NCBI GenBank assembly: GCA_050259235.1
Contig: JBLNAG010000001.1
Coordinates: 160,010-224,009, forward strand
Direction of reading: 5' to 3'
From: Ignavibacteriales bacterium
GTDB taxonomy: Bacteria > Bacillota_I > Bacilli_A > RF39 > UBA660
Length of the DNA: 64,000 bases
In this document: in pieces, positions 38,243 through 48,151 of the stretch
Layout: every line of letters starts with the position of its first letter
How positions within the stretch are numbered: the stretch's first letter is position 1
Translations under genes and position numbers: made by a program
Notes under the pieces: model-generated
The model's database searches: none
Seen by the model: only the letters and a program-made list of their open reading frames with translations
Told to the model about the DNA's origin: nothing

Positions 38243-39655
38243 CTAAAATCTAAAATATAAGAATGGATTATAAGTATCACTAACTAGATATGATATCGTG
38301 ATTAATAATAATATTATATAAATTATTAATCTTAAAACAAATATTACATTAACTACCCTTTTGTTTTTAATTAATAATAACTTGTCTTTAATAATATGGT
38401 ATGTAGGCATTGAAAATATAATTGCTACTAAAATAATTAAAAAATAATTAGATAAATAATAAATAAAGGTATTATTAATAAATGGATAACTACCTATACC
38501 AAATAAAACATTCATATAGTTACTTAATAATGTCATATCATCAAAAGCAAAGATTGTCCAACCTATCATTACTAAAAATAATGTATAAGTATGTTTTAAC
38601 CAATTTGGAAATCTTTCAATATATTTATTTAAAATAAATTTTTCAAGTATTAATAAAATACCATAATATATTCCCCACATGACGAAATTCCAAGCTGCCC
38701 CATGCCATATACCAGTTAATGTCCAGACAATAAATATATTTCTAATATTAATAATTTTACTTACTCTACTACCACCTAGAGGAATATAAATATAATCTCT
38801 AAACCAACTAGATAGTGATATATGCCACCTACGCCAAAAATCAGTAATACTCTTAGCAATATAAGGATAATTAAAGTTTTCTAAATAATTAAAACCTAAC
38901 ATTTTACCCATACCTATAGCCATATCACTATAACCACTAAAATCAAAATATATTTGGAAGGTAAATGCTAATATTCCTAACCATGCTGTCATAATAGATA
39001 ATTCATTATTACCCATAGTACTAATAACAGTCCATAAATAGCCAATATTATTAGCTATTAATACTTTCTTAAATAAACCTTGTAAAAATCTAAGTAACCC
39101 CTTAGTAAATCCTCCAAAAGTAATTTCTCTTTCTTGAAGTTCTTGATCAACAGTTTCATATCTTACAATCGGCCCCGCAATTAATTGTGGAAACATTGAT
39201 ACATAAGTTAAATATGTCGCATAATTTCTTTGAGGTTTTACATTTCCACGGTAAACATCGATACTATAACTCATTGTTTGGAAAGTATAAAAGCTTATAC
39301 CAATTGGTAATCCAATATTTAATAAAGGAATAGATATATTAAAAAGATGATTAATACTTTCAATTAAAAAATCACTATATTTAAAGAATCCTAATAAACT
39401 CAAATTAATAGCTATTGCTACAATCAAATATAATTTTTTACGAGTAAACTTTCTACTTTCAAATAACCTTCCATTTATATAATCAACAAACGTTGAAAAA
39501 AGCATTAAGAAAATATATACTGGTTCACCCCAAGCATAAAAAACTAAACTAAATACTAATAATATAGCATTTTTATATTTAAAAGGTAAAAGATAGTACA
39601 ATAATAGAAAAAAAGGTAAAAAGAAAAAAAGGAAAGGTATGCTACTAAAGACCAT
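38243..39655 (-). CDS. MBOAT family O-acyltransferase (AlgI/PatA-like)
   Basis: LPIGISFYTFQ, FPQLIAGPIVR, DFSGYSDMA, FWRRWHISL, WHGA. Confidence 0.93.
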   Translation of the reverse strand: MVFSSIPFLFFFLPFFLLLYYLLPFKYKNAILLVFSLVFYAWGEPVYIFLMLFSTFVDYINGRLFESRKFTRKKLYLIVAIAINLSLLGFFKYSDFLIESINHLFNISIPLLNIGLPIGISFYTFQTMSYSIDVYRGNVKPQRNYATYLTYVSMFPQLIAGPIVRYETVDQELQEREITFGGFTKGLLRFLQGLFKKVLIANNIGYLWTVISTMGNNELSIMTAWLGILAFTFQIYFDFSGYSDMAIGMGKMLGFNYLENFNYPYIAKSITDFWRRWHISLSSWFRDYIYIPLGGSRVSKIINIRNIFIVWTLTGIWHGAAWNFVMWGIYYGILLILEKFILNKYIERFPNWLKHTYTLFLVMIGWTIFAFDDMTLLSNYMNVLFGIGSYPFINNTFIYYLSNYFLIILVAIIFSMPTYHIIKDKLLLIKNKRVVNVIFVLRLIIYIILLLITISYLVSDTYNPFLYFRF

Positions 39656-39666
39656 AATTACCCTCC

Positions 39667-40131
39667 CTACTTATTACTTTTAATTGTTTCTAATACTTTA
39701 TCATTGTCGTTAGAAATAATATAAATTAAGTAATTACCATATTCTTCTTCCATACGATTTTGTACTAAAACTTCTTGATCAGGAGCGTATCCCATCATCC
39801 ATGATTGATCATATTTCATTAAAAATTTATCAATTGCTTCCATTGCTTTATCTTTTTCACCCTTCTTAGGTAAAAAGATTGCATACATACTAGCACTATC
39901 CGCAACTTTTGACATACTAATAAGCGATTCGTCAATATTACTACTATCAAAACCATATTTATCAGATAAATAATTAACATCAACCATATTGTTATTACCA
40001 AACATCTTTTTTGATTCAAATGTTAAATTATTTAAATTTGTTTCAAGAGTATTAAAATCAAGTTTTACTTCATTTTTACTACATCCACTTACTAATAAAA
40101 TTAATCCTATTATACATAATATTTTCTTCAT
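39667..40131 (-). CDS. Lipoprotein (DUF4358-like)
   Basis: Lipobox LVSGC; YAPDQ...GNYLIYIIS; typical partner of MBOAT-DHHW. Confidence 0.7.
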   Translation of the reverse strand: MKKILCIIGLILLVSGCSKNEVKLDFNTLETNLNNLTFESKKMFGNNNMVDVNYLSDKYGFDSSNIDESLISMSKVADSASMYAIFLPKKGEKDKAMEAIDKFLMKYDQSWMMGYAPDQEVLVQNRMEEEYGNYLIYIISNDNDKVLETIKSNK

Positions 40132-40158
40132 TTTTACTCTCCTTAAGGAAAAGAATAC

Positions 40159-41469
40159 TTAGTTATTTTCTAAATATTCTTGAAAATCCTTTTTAATTTT
40201 GTATATTTCTTTCGGACTCATGAATATTACTACTGCATTTTTGTGACCATACAATTTAGCAGAAGTACTATCACTTATTGCTTCACCATTATTTAATTCA
40301 TCTAAAATTAATTTGCTTGTTATAGTAGGATAATCCTCTTGTTTTTCACGAGCAGGAAATATATCTAAAACATAAGCCTTATCAGCTACATTTAATACTT
40401 CCGCAATATCACTAGCAAATTCTTCAGTACGACTGAAAGTATGAGGTTGGAATACTGCAACTATTTCTTTATCAGGATATTTTTGTTTTGCTGCTTTAAT
40501 AGTAGCTCTTACTTCGGCTGGATGATGAGCATAATCATCAACGATAACTACATCACCAATAGTTGTTTCATTAAATCTTCTCTTAGCACCTTCAAAAGTC
40601 TTTAAATGTTTTTGAACATCTTTAGCATTTAATCTTTCATAATAGCAAACACTTATAACAGCAAGTGTATTTAAAAGCATATGTTTACCATAGAATGGTA
40701 CATCAAAATGTCCATAATAATTGCCTTCAACAGTTACATCAAATTCAATACCTTCATTGGTATATTCAATATCAGTTGCAATAATATCATTATCTTCACC
40801 AATACCATAGAAGAAAATTGGTTTATTTACTTCTAATGAATGAGTATATGGGTCATCCCCACATGCAATAACCATTTTTTCAGCATTATTAGCATATTCT
40901 TGGAAGGCATCTACAACATCAGCAATATCTTTATAATAATCAACATGATCTAAATCAATATTGGTTATAATAGCGTATTCTGGTTCATAAACTAAGAAAT
41001 TTCTTTTATATTCACAAGCCTCTAAGACAAATTTATCATTTTCTTTACTAGCTGATCCTGTGCCATCACCAATTAGGTAGTTACAGCCAATTAGATTATC
41101 TAGAACATGTGCCATTAATGAAGAAGTTGTTGTTTTACCATGACAACCTGCAACTGTAATACCATCAAACATGTTAGCTAACTTACCTAACATTTCATTG
41201 TATTCATAGATTTTTAAATCTAAAGCAACAGCTTTTTTAAGTTCAGGGTGATCCATCTTAATAGCTGTACTTCGAACAACAATCGTATCTTTATCAATTA
41301 CATCATTTTCTTCAGTATATATTTTGATACCACGTTCTTCTAGTTTAGTTTCGGTAAACTGATGAGATTTTTCATCATCATAACCTACTACTTCATAACC
41401 TAAATCATTAAGAATAAGTGCTAATGCACTTAAACCAGCTCCCTTTATTCCTATTAAATAATATTTCAT
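40159..41469 (-). CDS. murC: UDP-N-acetylmuramate-L-alanine ligase
   Basis: IGIKGAG, GCHGKTTT, EACEY, DDYAHHP, FQPHTFSRT. Confidence 0.97.
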   Translation of the reverse strand: MKYYLIGIKGAGLSALALILNDLGYEVVGYDDEKSHQFTETKLEERGIKIYTEENDVIDKDTIVVRSTAIKMDHPELKKAVALDLKIYEYNEMLGKLANMFDGITVAGCHGKTTTSSLMAHVLDNLIGCNYLIGDGTGSASKENDKFVLEACEYKRNFLVYEPEYAIITNIDLDHVDYYKDIADVVDAFQEYANNAEKMVIACGDDPYTHSLEVNKPIFFYGIGEDNDIIATDIEYTNEGIEFDVTVEGNYYGHFDVPFYGKHMLLNTLAVISVCYYERLNAKDVQKHLKTFEGAKRRFNETTIGDVVIVDDYAHHPAEVRATIKAAKQKYPDKEIVAVFQPHTFSRTEEFASDIAEVLNVADKAYVLDIFPAREKQEDYPTITSKLILDELNNGEAISDSTSAKLYGHKNAVVIFMSPKEIYKIKKDFQEYLENN

Positions 41470-41498
41470 AAATAATATCCTCCTAACACATTATATCA

Positions 41499-42203
41499 TT
41501 ATCCAAAGAATTTTATAATAAAAGGTCCTAAAATTAATACTAAAATCAATGGAATTATAAATATAACGGAAATAACACTTATTTTATTAGGTATTTTATT
41601 AATTTGCCCCTTAATTTCTAATATTTGTTTTTCTCTTAAAAAATCAATTTGACTATACATTGTTTCTAATATACTATTACCAAAAACATTAGTTTGAGTA
41701 ATATTTAGAATAATGTCATTAATAGTCTCAGACGGAATTCTCTTTTTCATACCAGTTAAAGCTTCATTTAGAGATTTACCAAATTTCATTTCTAATAAGG
41801 CCTTTTTAAATTCTTTAGATAATTCATTTTTAACATTAAAGACTGTTACTTCTAAAGAATTTTCTAAATTATGTCCACTCTCTAAAGTAAGAGTTAGTAT
41901 TTCAAAGAAATATAAAGCTTCGCGATCTAACTTTTGTTCTCTTCTTTTTAATGGTAATTCAATTAACCAATATCTAAATAAATAATAATATATGACTGCG
42001 ATAATTGGTGCAAAAACATATCCAAAGTCCATAATATAAAGGAAAAAGATGAAAACAATAAAAGTTGTAAGTAATCTCAGATTCATAAATTTTATTGTCG
42101 TTAACTTAGTATCACCAAGCATTTTAATTTTAGCATCCATTTTTTGAATATCTTTATCACGATATATTTTTCTAATATAATTATTTTCTATTCTTGTATC
42201 CAT
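41499..42203 (-). CDS. tadC: Tad pilus platform protein TadC
   Basis: T2SSF domain (LESGHNLENSL...G.SL.EAL), last gene of tad operon. Confidence 0.85.
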   Translation of the reverse strand: MDTRIENNYIRKIYRDKDIQKMDAKIKMLGDTKLTTIKFMNLRLLTTFIVFIFFLYIMDFGYVFAPIIAVIYYYLFRYWLIELPLKRREQKLDREALYFFEILTLTLESGHNLENSLEVTVFNVKNELSKEFKKALLEMKFGKSLNEALTGMKKRIPSETINDIILNITQTNVFGNSILETMYSQIDFLREKQILEIKGQINKIPNKISVISVIFIIPLILVLILGPFIIKFFG

Positions 42204-42207
42204 ATTA

Positions 42208-43725
42208 TCACATCCTTACCTTCATAATTTTACGGACAAATATAACATAGACAATATAATATAAAATCATAATTCCTAATAATATAAGTCCCTCAGTACT
42301 ATTTAAGAAAGGTGCAAAATAACCAGGATTAATAATACTTACAAATACCACAAATAAAATTGGTACTAAGAATAATACATAGACAATCATTCTTGAAGAA
42401 CCTGTTAATGATTCTAGTTCAAGTTTAAGTCTTTTCTTATTAAATAATGATTTTTCAATAGATGAAAACACACTAATAATATTACCACCTGTTTTATTTA
42501 AAATAGATAATGATGCCGTTAAATATGTAACTTCTTCTAGTTTAATTCTTTCAGAAAATCTACTAAAGACAACATCAATTTCTAATCCTAATGATAATTC
42601 TAAATACATCTTTTTAAATTCTTCAGCAATTGCTCCCTCTAATTCTTTAGAAACTAATTCAATTGCTTGAATAATACTACGTCCTGATTTAAATGCATTA
42701 TTCATAACAACAATAGCTTGTAACATATCATTTTCTATCTTATTACGATATAGACGATATTTAACAATATAATAAATATCAGGTAAGAAGAAACCTACTA
42801 ATAATGGTACTACTATTTCATAAGAATGTAATAATTGAAATTGAATTGTTTTAGCAAATATTGCCATGATTAAGAAGATAAAAGATATAAATATTTTGTT
42901 TGAAACAAAATCCATAGCATTTTTATTATTATCACTTAATGAAATATATTTTTTATATTTATAACTATATTTTGTTAATAAAGTTGATTTTTTAAAACAA
43001 ATAGATAATCCTTTTATCATTCGATGATAGTAATTACTAAAACTATCTAATGATAACCAAATATCATCTTTTTCTGTATTAATACTAAAAGCACTAATTC
43101 TCTTTTCTAATTTAACACTCTTACGAAATCTAAATACAAAGAAAGTAATAATTAAAAGGATAACTGCAACACTAATTTGTAAATACATTAATGTACTTGA
43201 ATAATTATCAACAACATTAATATTAATTGACTTAGTAGTTATATTGCCTGCTTCATCACCAACCGTATAAATTAATTTTTTTACTCCTACTTCATTAAAA
43301 TCTAATTCACTATAGTTAGTTGTAACAAAATTAGTTAAGTTACCATCAAAATTATCGGTAGCTGTTACATGTTCATATAAATCAATATCTGAACCTAAAT
43401 CCATTTCAATTAAATTAGTATCTATATTTATAACTGGTGGATTTTTATCAATATTATAAGTATTAGTCATATAAGTATTACTACTGTTATAAACATCATT
43501 CGTAATAATCTCAATATGATAAACTCCAGTTTCATCAAGTACAATTGTACTTTTAGTATTACTATCAACAATATTTTCTTTTAATAAATTATTATCTTTA
43601 TAAATATTATATTGATAACTAATGACGGAAGAATCTGGTTCATAAACCACAATAATATCCTGATTAGTAACATCATGACCATTAATATTTAACCCTAGAA
43701 TATTATCCTCATTGGCTATAACCAT
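42208..43725 (-). CDS. tadB: TadB fused to N-terminal Ig-like (DUF5011-type) region
   Basis: C-half NAFKSGRSIIQA...TGGNI (TadB); N-half DKNPPVI...ATDNFDGNLT...YTVGDEAGN; ATG at 43725 after GAGGTG. Confidence 0.8.
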   Translation of the reverse strand: MVIANEDNILGLNINGHDVTNQDIIVVYEPDSSVISYQYNIYKDNNLLKENIVDSNTKSTIVLDETGVYHIEIITNDVYNSSNTYMTNTYNIDKNPPVINIDTNLIEMDLGSDIDLYEHVTATDNFDGNLTNFVTTNYSELDFNEVGVKKLIYTVGDEAGNITTKSININVVDNYSSTLMYLQISVAVILLIITFFVFRFRKSVKLEKRISAFSINTEKDDIWLSLDSFSNYYHRMIKGLSICFKKSTLLTKYSYKYKKYISLSDNNKNAMDFVSNKIFISFIFLIMAIFAKTIQFQLLHSYEIVVPLLVGFFLPDIYYIVKYRLYRNKIENDMLQAIVVMNNAFKSGRSIIQAIELVSKELEGAIAEEFKKMYLELSLGLEIDVVFSRFSERIKLEEVTYLTASLSILNKTGGNIISVFSSIEKSLFNKKRLKLELESLTGSSRMIVYVLFLVPILFVVFVSIINPGYFAPFLNSTEGLILLGIMILYYIVYVIFVRKIMKVRM

Positions 43726-43737
43726 ATTTCTCACCTC

Positions 43738-45063
43738 TTATTCAAATAAATCTTTTAAATCAGTAATACCATAAGTCTTAATTCGATTATAAACCTTTGG
43801 TACATATTTATGAGTAATGAATTCTCCAACAACATCACCATTTTCTAAAACACTAGATTGAATAAATTCAAATATTGGTTTTAGACTTATAATATCTTTG
43901 TTAAATCCAACTACTTCACTAATATTAGTAATTCTTCTTCTACCATCAGATAATCTTTCAATTTGAATTACAATATCAATAGCATTTTCAATATATTCTC
44001 TAATAGCTTTAATTGGAATTGCCATACCAGCCATTAAAATCATCGTTTCAAGCCTATTTAAGCCATCTTCTGGTGAATTAGCATGCATAGTAGTTAAACT
44101 ACCAGTATGCCCCGTATTCATTGCTTGAAGCATATCAAAAGCTTCCTTACCACGTACTTCACCAACAATAATACGATCAGGTCTCATACGTAATGAATTG
44201 ATAACTAAATCACGAATAGTTATTTCCCCTTCACCCTCATAATTAGTTAATCTAGTTTCGAGTGAAATAACATGATTTTGTTTTAAACGAAGTTCCGCAG
44301 CATCTTCAATTGTAATAATTCTCTCATCGTCACCAATAAAAGAAGATAATACATTTAATAATGTCGTTTTCCCTGCGCCTGTACCCCCAACAATAACAAT
44401 ATTTAATTTAGCTTTTACACAAGCTTCTAAAAATCTTGCCATATCAGAAGTTAAAGCACCTGATCTTAAAAAATCTTCAATGTTTGCTAACTCTTGTTTA
44501 AACTTACGAATAGTAAGTACTGGTCCATTAAGAGCTAATGGTGGAATAATAGCATTTAATCTTGAACCATCATCAAGTCTAGCATCAACCATTGGATTAG
44601 CTGTATCAATAGTTCTACCAAATGGTTGAATCATTCTTTGAATAGTTCTAATGATATGATCATCATTGATAAAAGAAATACTTTGATCTCTAATAACTTT
44701 ACCATCTATTTCAACATATACTTCATTAATACCATTTACCATTATTTCAGTAATATTTTTGTCTTCTAATAATTCAGTAATAGGACCATATCCATTAACT
44801 TCATTATCAATTAAATTAAAAATATAACTTCTTTCAACATCAGATAAATCATAATCTTGTAAAGTAGATTCAATTTCGTTGTATACATAATCTTTTAATG
44901 AATTTTTTGAATTTAAGTTGTTATCAATTAAATTTTGGATTATTTTATTTCTTAATTCTTCTAATAATACCTTATTAGGAAAAGCATCATAACTAATAAC
45001 TTCCATACTTCTAGGTGTTTCTACCTTAATATTAAATTCATCAATAAACTTTTTGTTAGACAT
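43738..45063 (-). CDS. tadA: Tad pilus assembly ATPase TadA/CpaF
   Basis: [44 protein letters not shown]. Confidence 0.95.
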   Translation of the reverse strand: MSNKKFIDEFNIKVETPRSMEVISYDAFPNKVLLEELRNKIIQNLIDNNLNSKNSLKDYVYNEIESTLQDYDLSDVERSYIFNLIDNEVNGYGPITELLEDKNITEIMVNGINEVYVEIDGKVIRDQSISFINDDHIIRTIQRMIQPFGRTIDTANPMVDARLDDGSRLNAIIPPLALNGPVLTIRKFKQELANIEDFLRSGALTSDMARFLEACVKAKLNIVIVGGTGAGKTTLLNVLSSFIGDDERIITIEDAAELRLKQNHVISLETRLTNYEGEGEITIRDLVINSLRMRPDRIIVGEVRGKEAFDMLQAMNTGHTGSLTTMHANSPEDGLNRLETMILMAGMAIPIKAIREYIENAIDIVIQIERLSDGRRRITNISEVVGFNKDIISLKPIFEFIQSSVLENGDVVGEFITHKYVPKVYNRIKTYGITDLKDLFE

Positions 45064-45073
45064 AAAACACCTC

Positions 45074-45838
45074 CTAGTTCTTCTTTTCCTTTAATAAACT
45101 GTTTGCAATCATTTCAAAATTCTTAATGGCCTTTTTGTGTGAAGACCTAATTTTTTTGTTCAAAGTTAATATTTCACCATCTAATACGTACTTATCAATG
45201 TTTTTGATATAAAAACTATTAGGAATAGTGTAATCTATATTACTTTTAATAATATTTTTTATATCATAATCACTAAAGAAATTTCTTTGAATATCTTTTG
45301 CTTCATTTAAGATAACTTTATAATTGTCTTGTTCCATATTCTTATAAATAGATATCATTGTCTTCATACTCTTTAAATCAATTGGATCATTACTCATTAC
45401 ATAAAGAATATAATCACATTGATCAAATGTTACTAAAATTAATTCCGATAAGTAACGATTAGTATCAATAAGGATAATATCGTATTTCATACTTAATTCA
45501 CTTAAAATAATATTAAGATATTTACCATCAATGTGATTAGCATGTCTAGGGTCTTTAGGAGCAGGTAAAACATCAATATATTCATTATATTTAGTAACAT
45601 AATTTTCAATAAAGTCAAATTTTTTATTATGGAAATCATCAACTAAATTAAAGAAATCCTTCTTATAATTTATATTTAATGAAGCAGCAACTGCGCTACT
45701 ATATAAATCTAAATCAAGAATCAAAGTCTTTTTATTTTGCAACGAAAAAATCCCAGCAAGATTTAATACAGTTGTAGTCTTACCAGTTCCTCCTTTAGTT
45801 GAAGTAACTGCGAATATTTTTGCTTTGTGAACTGCCAT
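45074..45838 (-). CDS. CpaE/TadZ MinD-like ATPase
   Basis: KGGTGKTT, LDLDL, YDIILIDT; directly upstream of tadA. Confidence 0.8.
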   Translation of the reverse strand: MAVHKAKIFAVTSTKGGTGKTTTVLNLAGIFSLQNKKTLILDLDLYSSAVAASLNINYKKDFFNLVDDFHNKKFDFIENYVTKYNEYIDVLPAPKDPRHANHIDGKYLNIILSELSMKYDIILIDTNRYLSELILVTFDQCDYILYVMSNDPIDLKSMKTMISIYKNMEQDNYKVILNEAKDIQRNFFSDYDIKNIIKSNIDYTIPNSFYIKNIDKYVLDGEILTLNKKIRSSHKKAIKNFEMIANSLLKEKKN

Positions 45839-45847
45839 AGTACACCC

Positions 45848-46231
45848 CTATTCTTCTTTTATAACAATATCATTATTATCTTCATAAGCACGATAATTAG
45901 ATTCAATATTATAATCATTTTTACCAAAAATAAATGAAAAAATACTATCCTTTATCTTTTTTAATTCAATTATAATTATTTCACCATCAATTTGAACATT
46001 CAATGTTTTAATATCTGAAATATTTTGGTTAATTAATTTTTTTATATTTGTTATTATTTCTGCTTCATCAATATGATCAACACCATACTCTAAAGCTTCT
46101 TTTACAGTATTATCAACTTTTCTTTTTTCATTAAATAAAAGTCCACCATCGATAATTATGGCTGCTAACATAAATAAAATGGGTAATAACAAAATAAAAG
46201 TAATTAGTACTTGTCCCCTTTTATTATGCAT
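45848..46231 (-). CDS. TadG/TadE-like minor pilin
   Basis: KRG/QVLITFILLLP...IIDGG. Confidence 0.8.
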   Translation of the reverse strand: MHNKRGQVLITFILLLPILFMLAAIIIDGGLLFNEKRKVDNTVKEALEYGVDHIDEAEIITNIKKLINQNISDIKTLNVQIDGEIIIIELKKIKDSIFSFIFGKNDYNIESNYRAYEDNNDIVIKEE

Positions 46232-46559
46232 TATATATCACCCTGTCTACTAGTATTGTGTAAGGACTATCAAATATTAAATTAGCTCCTGGTGTAACAA
46301 TATCAACCTTTTTTGATAACTTAATAGTTGTCATATCACCATTTATTTCGTAATCAAAATCTAATTTATTTTGACTAATATAATTATTTATATCCGACAT
46401 TTTATTTTGTTTATATAATTCAACTACATAATCTAAATCATTTTCTAAATGATATTTCTTATATAGTACATTTCCAAAATCAACAATTCCCAATAAAAAC
46501 ATAACAAAAACAGGTAATATTAACACAAATTCAACTAATGCTTGACCTCTTTTACCCAT
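46224..46559 (-). CDS. tadE: TadE-like minor pilin
   Basis: KRG/QALVEFVLILP...IVDFG. Confidence 0.85.
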   Translation of the reverse strand: MGKRGQALVEFVLILPVFVMFLLGIVDFGNVLYKKYHLENDLDYVVELYKQNKMSDINNYISQNKLDFDYEINGDMTTIKLSKKVDIVTPGANLIFDSPYTILVDRVIYNA

Positions 46560-46639
46560 CTTTATCACATCCTAGTACTATAATAGAATTATACCATATT
46601 CAGACGATTTTTCACAATAATTTTTCAAAAAAAAAGATA

Positions 46640-46843
46640 TTAACTATCTTTATCAACACATGTTGCTTCGCCGGGTTTTTCACCTTCAACATAAACTTTA
46701 TCTAAAATTGCGCATGAAGATTTAGTCATGGAATCTTGTAAATAACCACCTAGTAGTTTAACAATGCTTACCACAACGATACTAATTACTGCAATAATTA
46801 GCAGGTATTCAACTAGTGCTTGGCCTTTATTATTTCTTAGCAT
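46640..46843 (-). CDS. flp: Flp-type major pilin
   Basis: True start MLRNNKG/QALVEYLLIIAVISI after GGAGG SD; EY Flp motif. Confidence 0.8.
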   Translation of the reverse strand: MLRNNKGQALVEYLLIIAVISIVVVSIVKLLGGYLQDSMTKSSCAILDKVYVEGEKPGEATCVDKDS

Positions 46844-46873
46844 ACGCAACCTCCATATCTGTATTATTACTTC

Positions 46874-46926
46874 TAGTTTATACTTTTTTCGCCAATTTGT
46901 CAAACATTTTCTAATGTGGTATATTA
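46874..46926. promoter_or_regulatory. Divergent back-to-back SigA promoters (flp / DUF192) with overlapping -35 boxes
   Basis: Minus: TTGACA-N17-TAAACT; plus: TTGTCA-N17-TATATT; both use TTTGTCAAA at 46896-46904. Confidence 0.6.
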
Positions 46927-46940
46927 TTAATGGTGGTAGT

Positions 46941-47264
46941 ATGATACTCAATATTAATAACAATAAAATAGAAATTAAAAAATGTGAAACCTTCTTACAA
47001 AGATTAAAAGGTTTAATGTTTATAAAGAACCCTATTCATTTTGGATTATGCTTTAAAAATTGTAATGCGATTCATACTTTTTTTATGTTTCAAAAAATTG
47101 ATGTAATAATGACTGATAAAGATGATAACATTATTTATATTTATCGTAATTTAAAACCTTTTAGAATTGTTTTACCTAAGAAAAATGTTTATTACACATA
47201 TGAATTACCTAAAGATATAACAAGATTTTATAGGATAAAACAAAAATTAGAATTAACTAAATAA
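46941..47264 (+). CDS. DUF192 family protein
   Basis: RLKGLMF, IHTFFM..IDV, ELP; start at 46941 after GGTGG. Confidence 0.85.
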   Translation: MILNINNNKIEIKKCETFLQRLKGLMFIKNPIHFGLCFKNCNAIHTFFMFQKIDVIMTDKDDNIIYIYRNLKPFRIVLPKKNVYYTYELPKDITRFYRIKQKLELTK

Positions 47265-47295
47265 CAAAAAAACTACAAATTTGTAGTTTTTTTAT

Positions 47296-48033
47296 TTAAT
47301 TACAATAAGATTTAAAATCGGTAAGTTCACTAAAGTATTCTTCAGTCCCAGAAATCCTTTCAACATTATAATTATTATTACCTAGATACTTTATCTTGTA
47401 TTCAACATTGATAAGTGTATTACCTGGTATATCATTAGAACATGTATAAGATATATTATTTATCATAACCACTTCTGCTTGTTGCCCACGTCTAGTTGCA
47501 AAAAAAGTTATTTCACTATCATTTATAATTTCATACTCTTCTTTTTTAGCCCAAGTTGGGTAAAAATCTACATCCAAAGTTATTTCCTTTGCACCAGTTG
47601 GGTCAATAACTATATAGTTATCACAACCTGATACACCACATGATAATTTAAATAAAAATTTACCAGTACTTTCATACACTCTTCCATCAATTTCATTTTC
47701 AAAATCAACATTCTCTGTTTGGACTTTGCGATCATTCACTCTAATTTCCCATGTATTATTATCCGATTTTACCACTGATAACTTTGTTTCTTTACCGTCC
47801 AAAACTATATTTTGAATGCATTTTTCTTCTGTTCCATTTTTACAATCTTCAAAACTTATTTTTCCAACTGTATTTTCCTTTTTGGTTTCATTATTTTCCT
47901 GTTGATTATTATTACTGTTTTTATTTTCATCAGTTATTAACATATAGGCGATAACAGTAGCTACACTTAAAATTAAAACTAGCAAGATTATAATTATTGT
48001 TGTAGTCACATTTTTTGATTTATTTTTTTCCAT
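47296..48033 (-). CDS. Membrane-anchored hypothetical protein with several Cys
   Basis: N-terminal TM, Asn-rich linker, AAGGAG SD. Confidence 0.7.
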   Translation of the reverse strand: MEKNKSKNVTTTIIIILLVLILSVATVIAYMLITDENKNSNNNQQENNETKKENTVGKISFEDCKNGTEEKCIQNIVLDGKETKLSVVKSDNNTWEIRVNDRKVQTENVDFENEIDGRVYESTGKFLFKLSCGVSGCDNYIVIDPTGAKEITLDVDFYPTWAKKEEYEIINDSEITFFATRRGQQAEVVMINNISYTCSNDIPGNTLINVEYKIKYLGNNNYNVERISGTEEYFSELTDFKSYCN

Positions 48034-48151
48034 ATTTTTCCATACTCCTTCTATTTATAATATAATAATAGTAAAGATAAGTAAAGAGATTTAGCATCGT
48101 TTGACACAATGTTTTCACAAAAAAGGTAAGATTTTTATCTTACCTTTATAA

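Noticed and set aside
46896-46904. TTTGTCAAA as a Spo0A box (also at 53522)
   Set aside because: Fully explained as the complement of a TTGACA -35 element at correct spacing; differs from TGNCGAA
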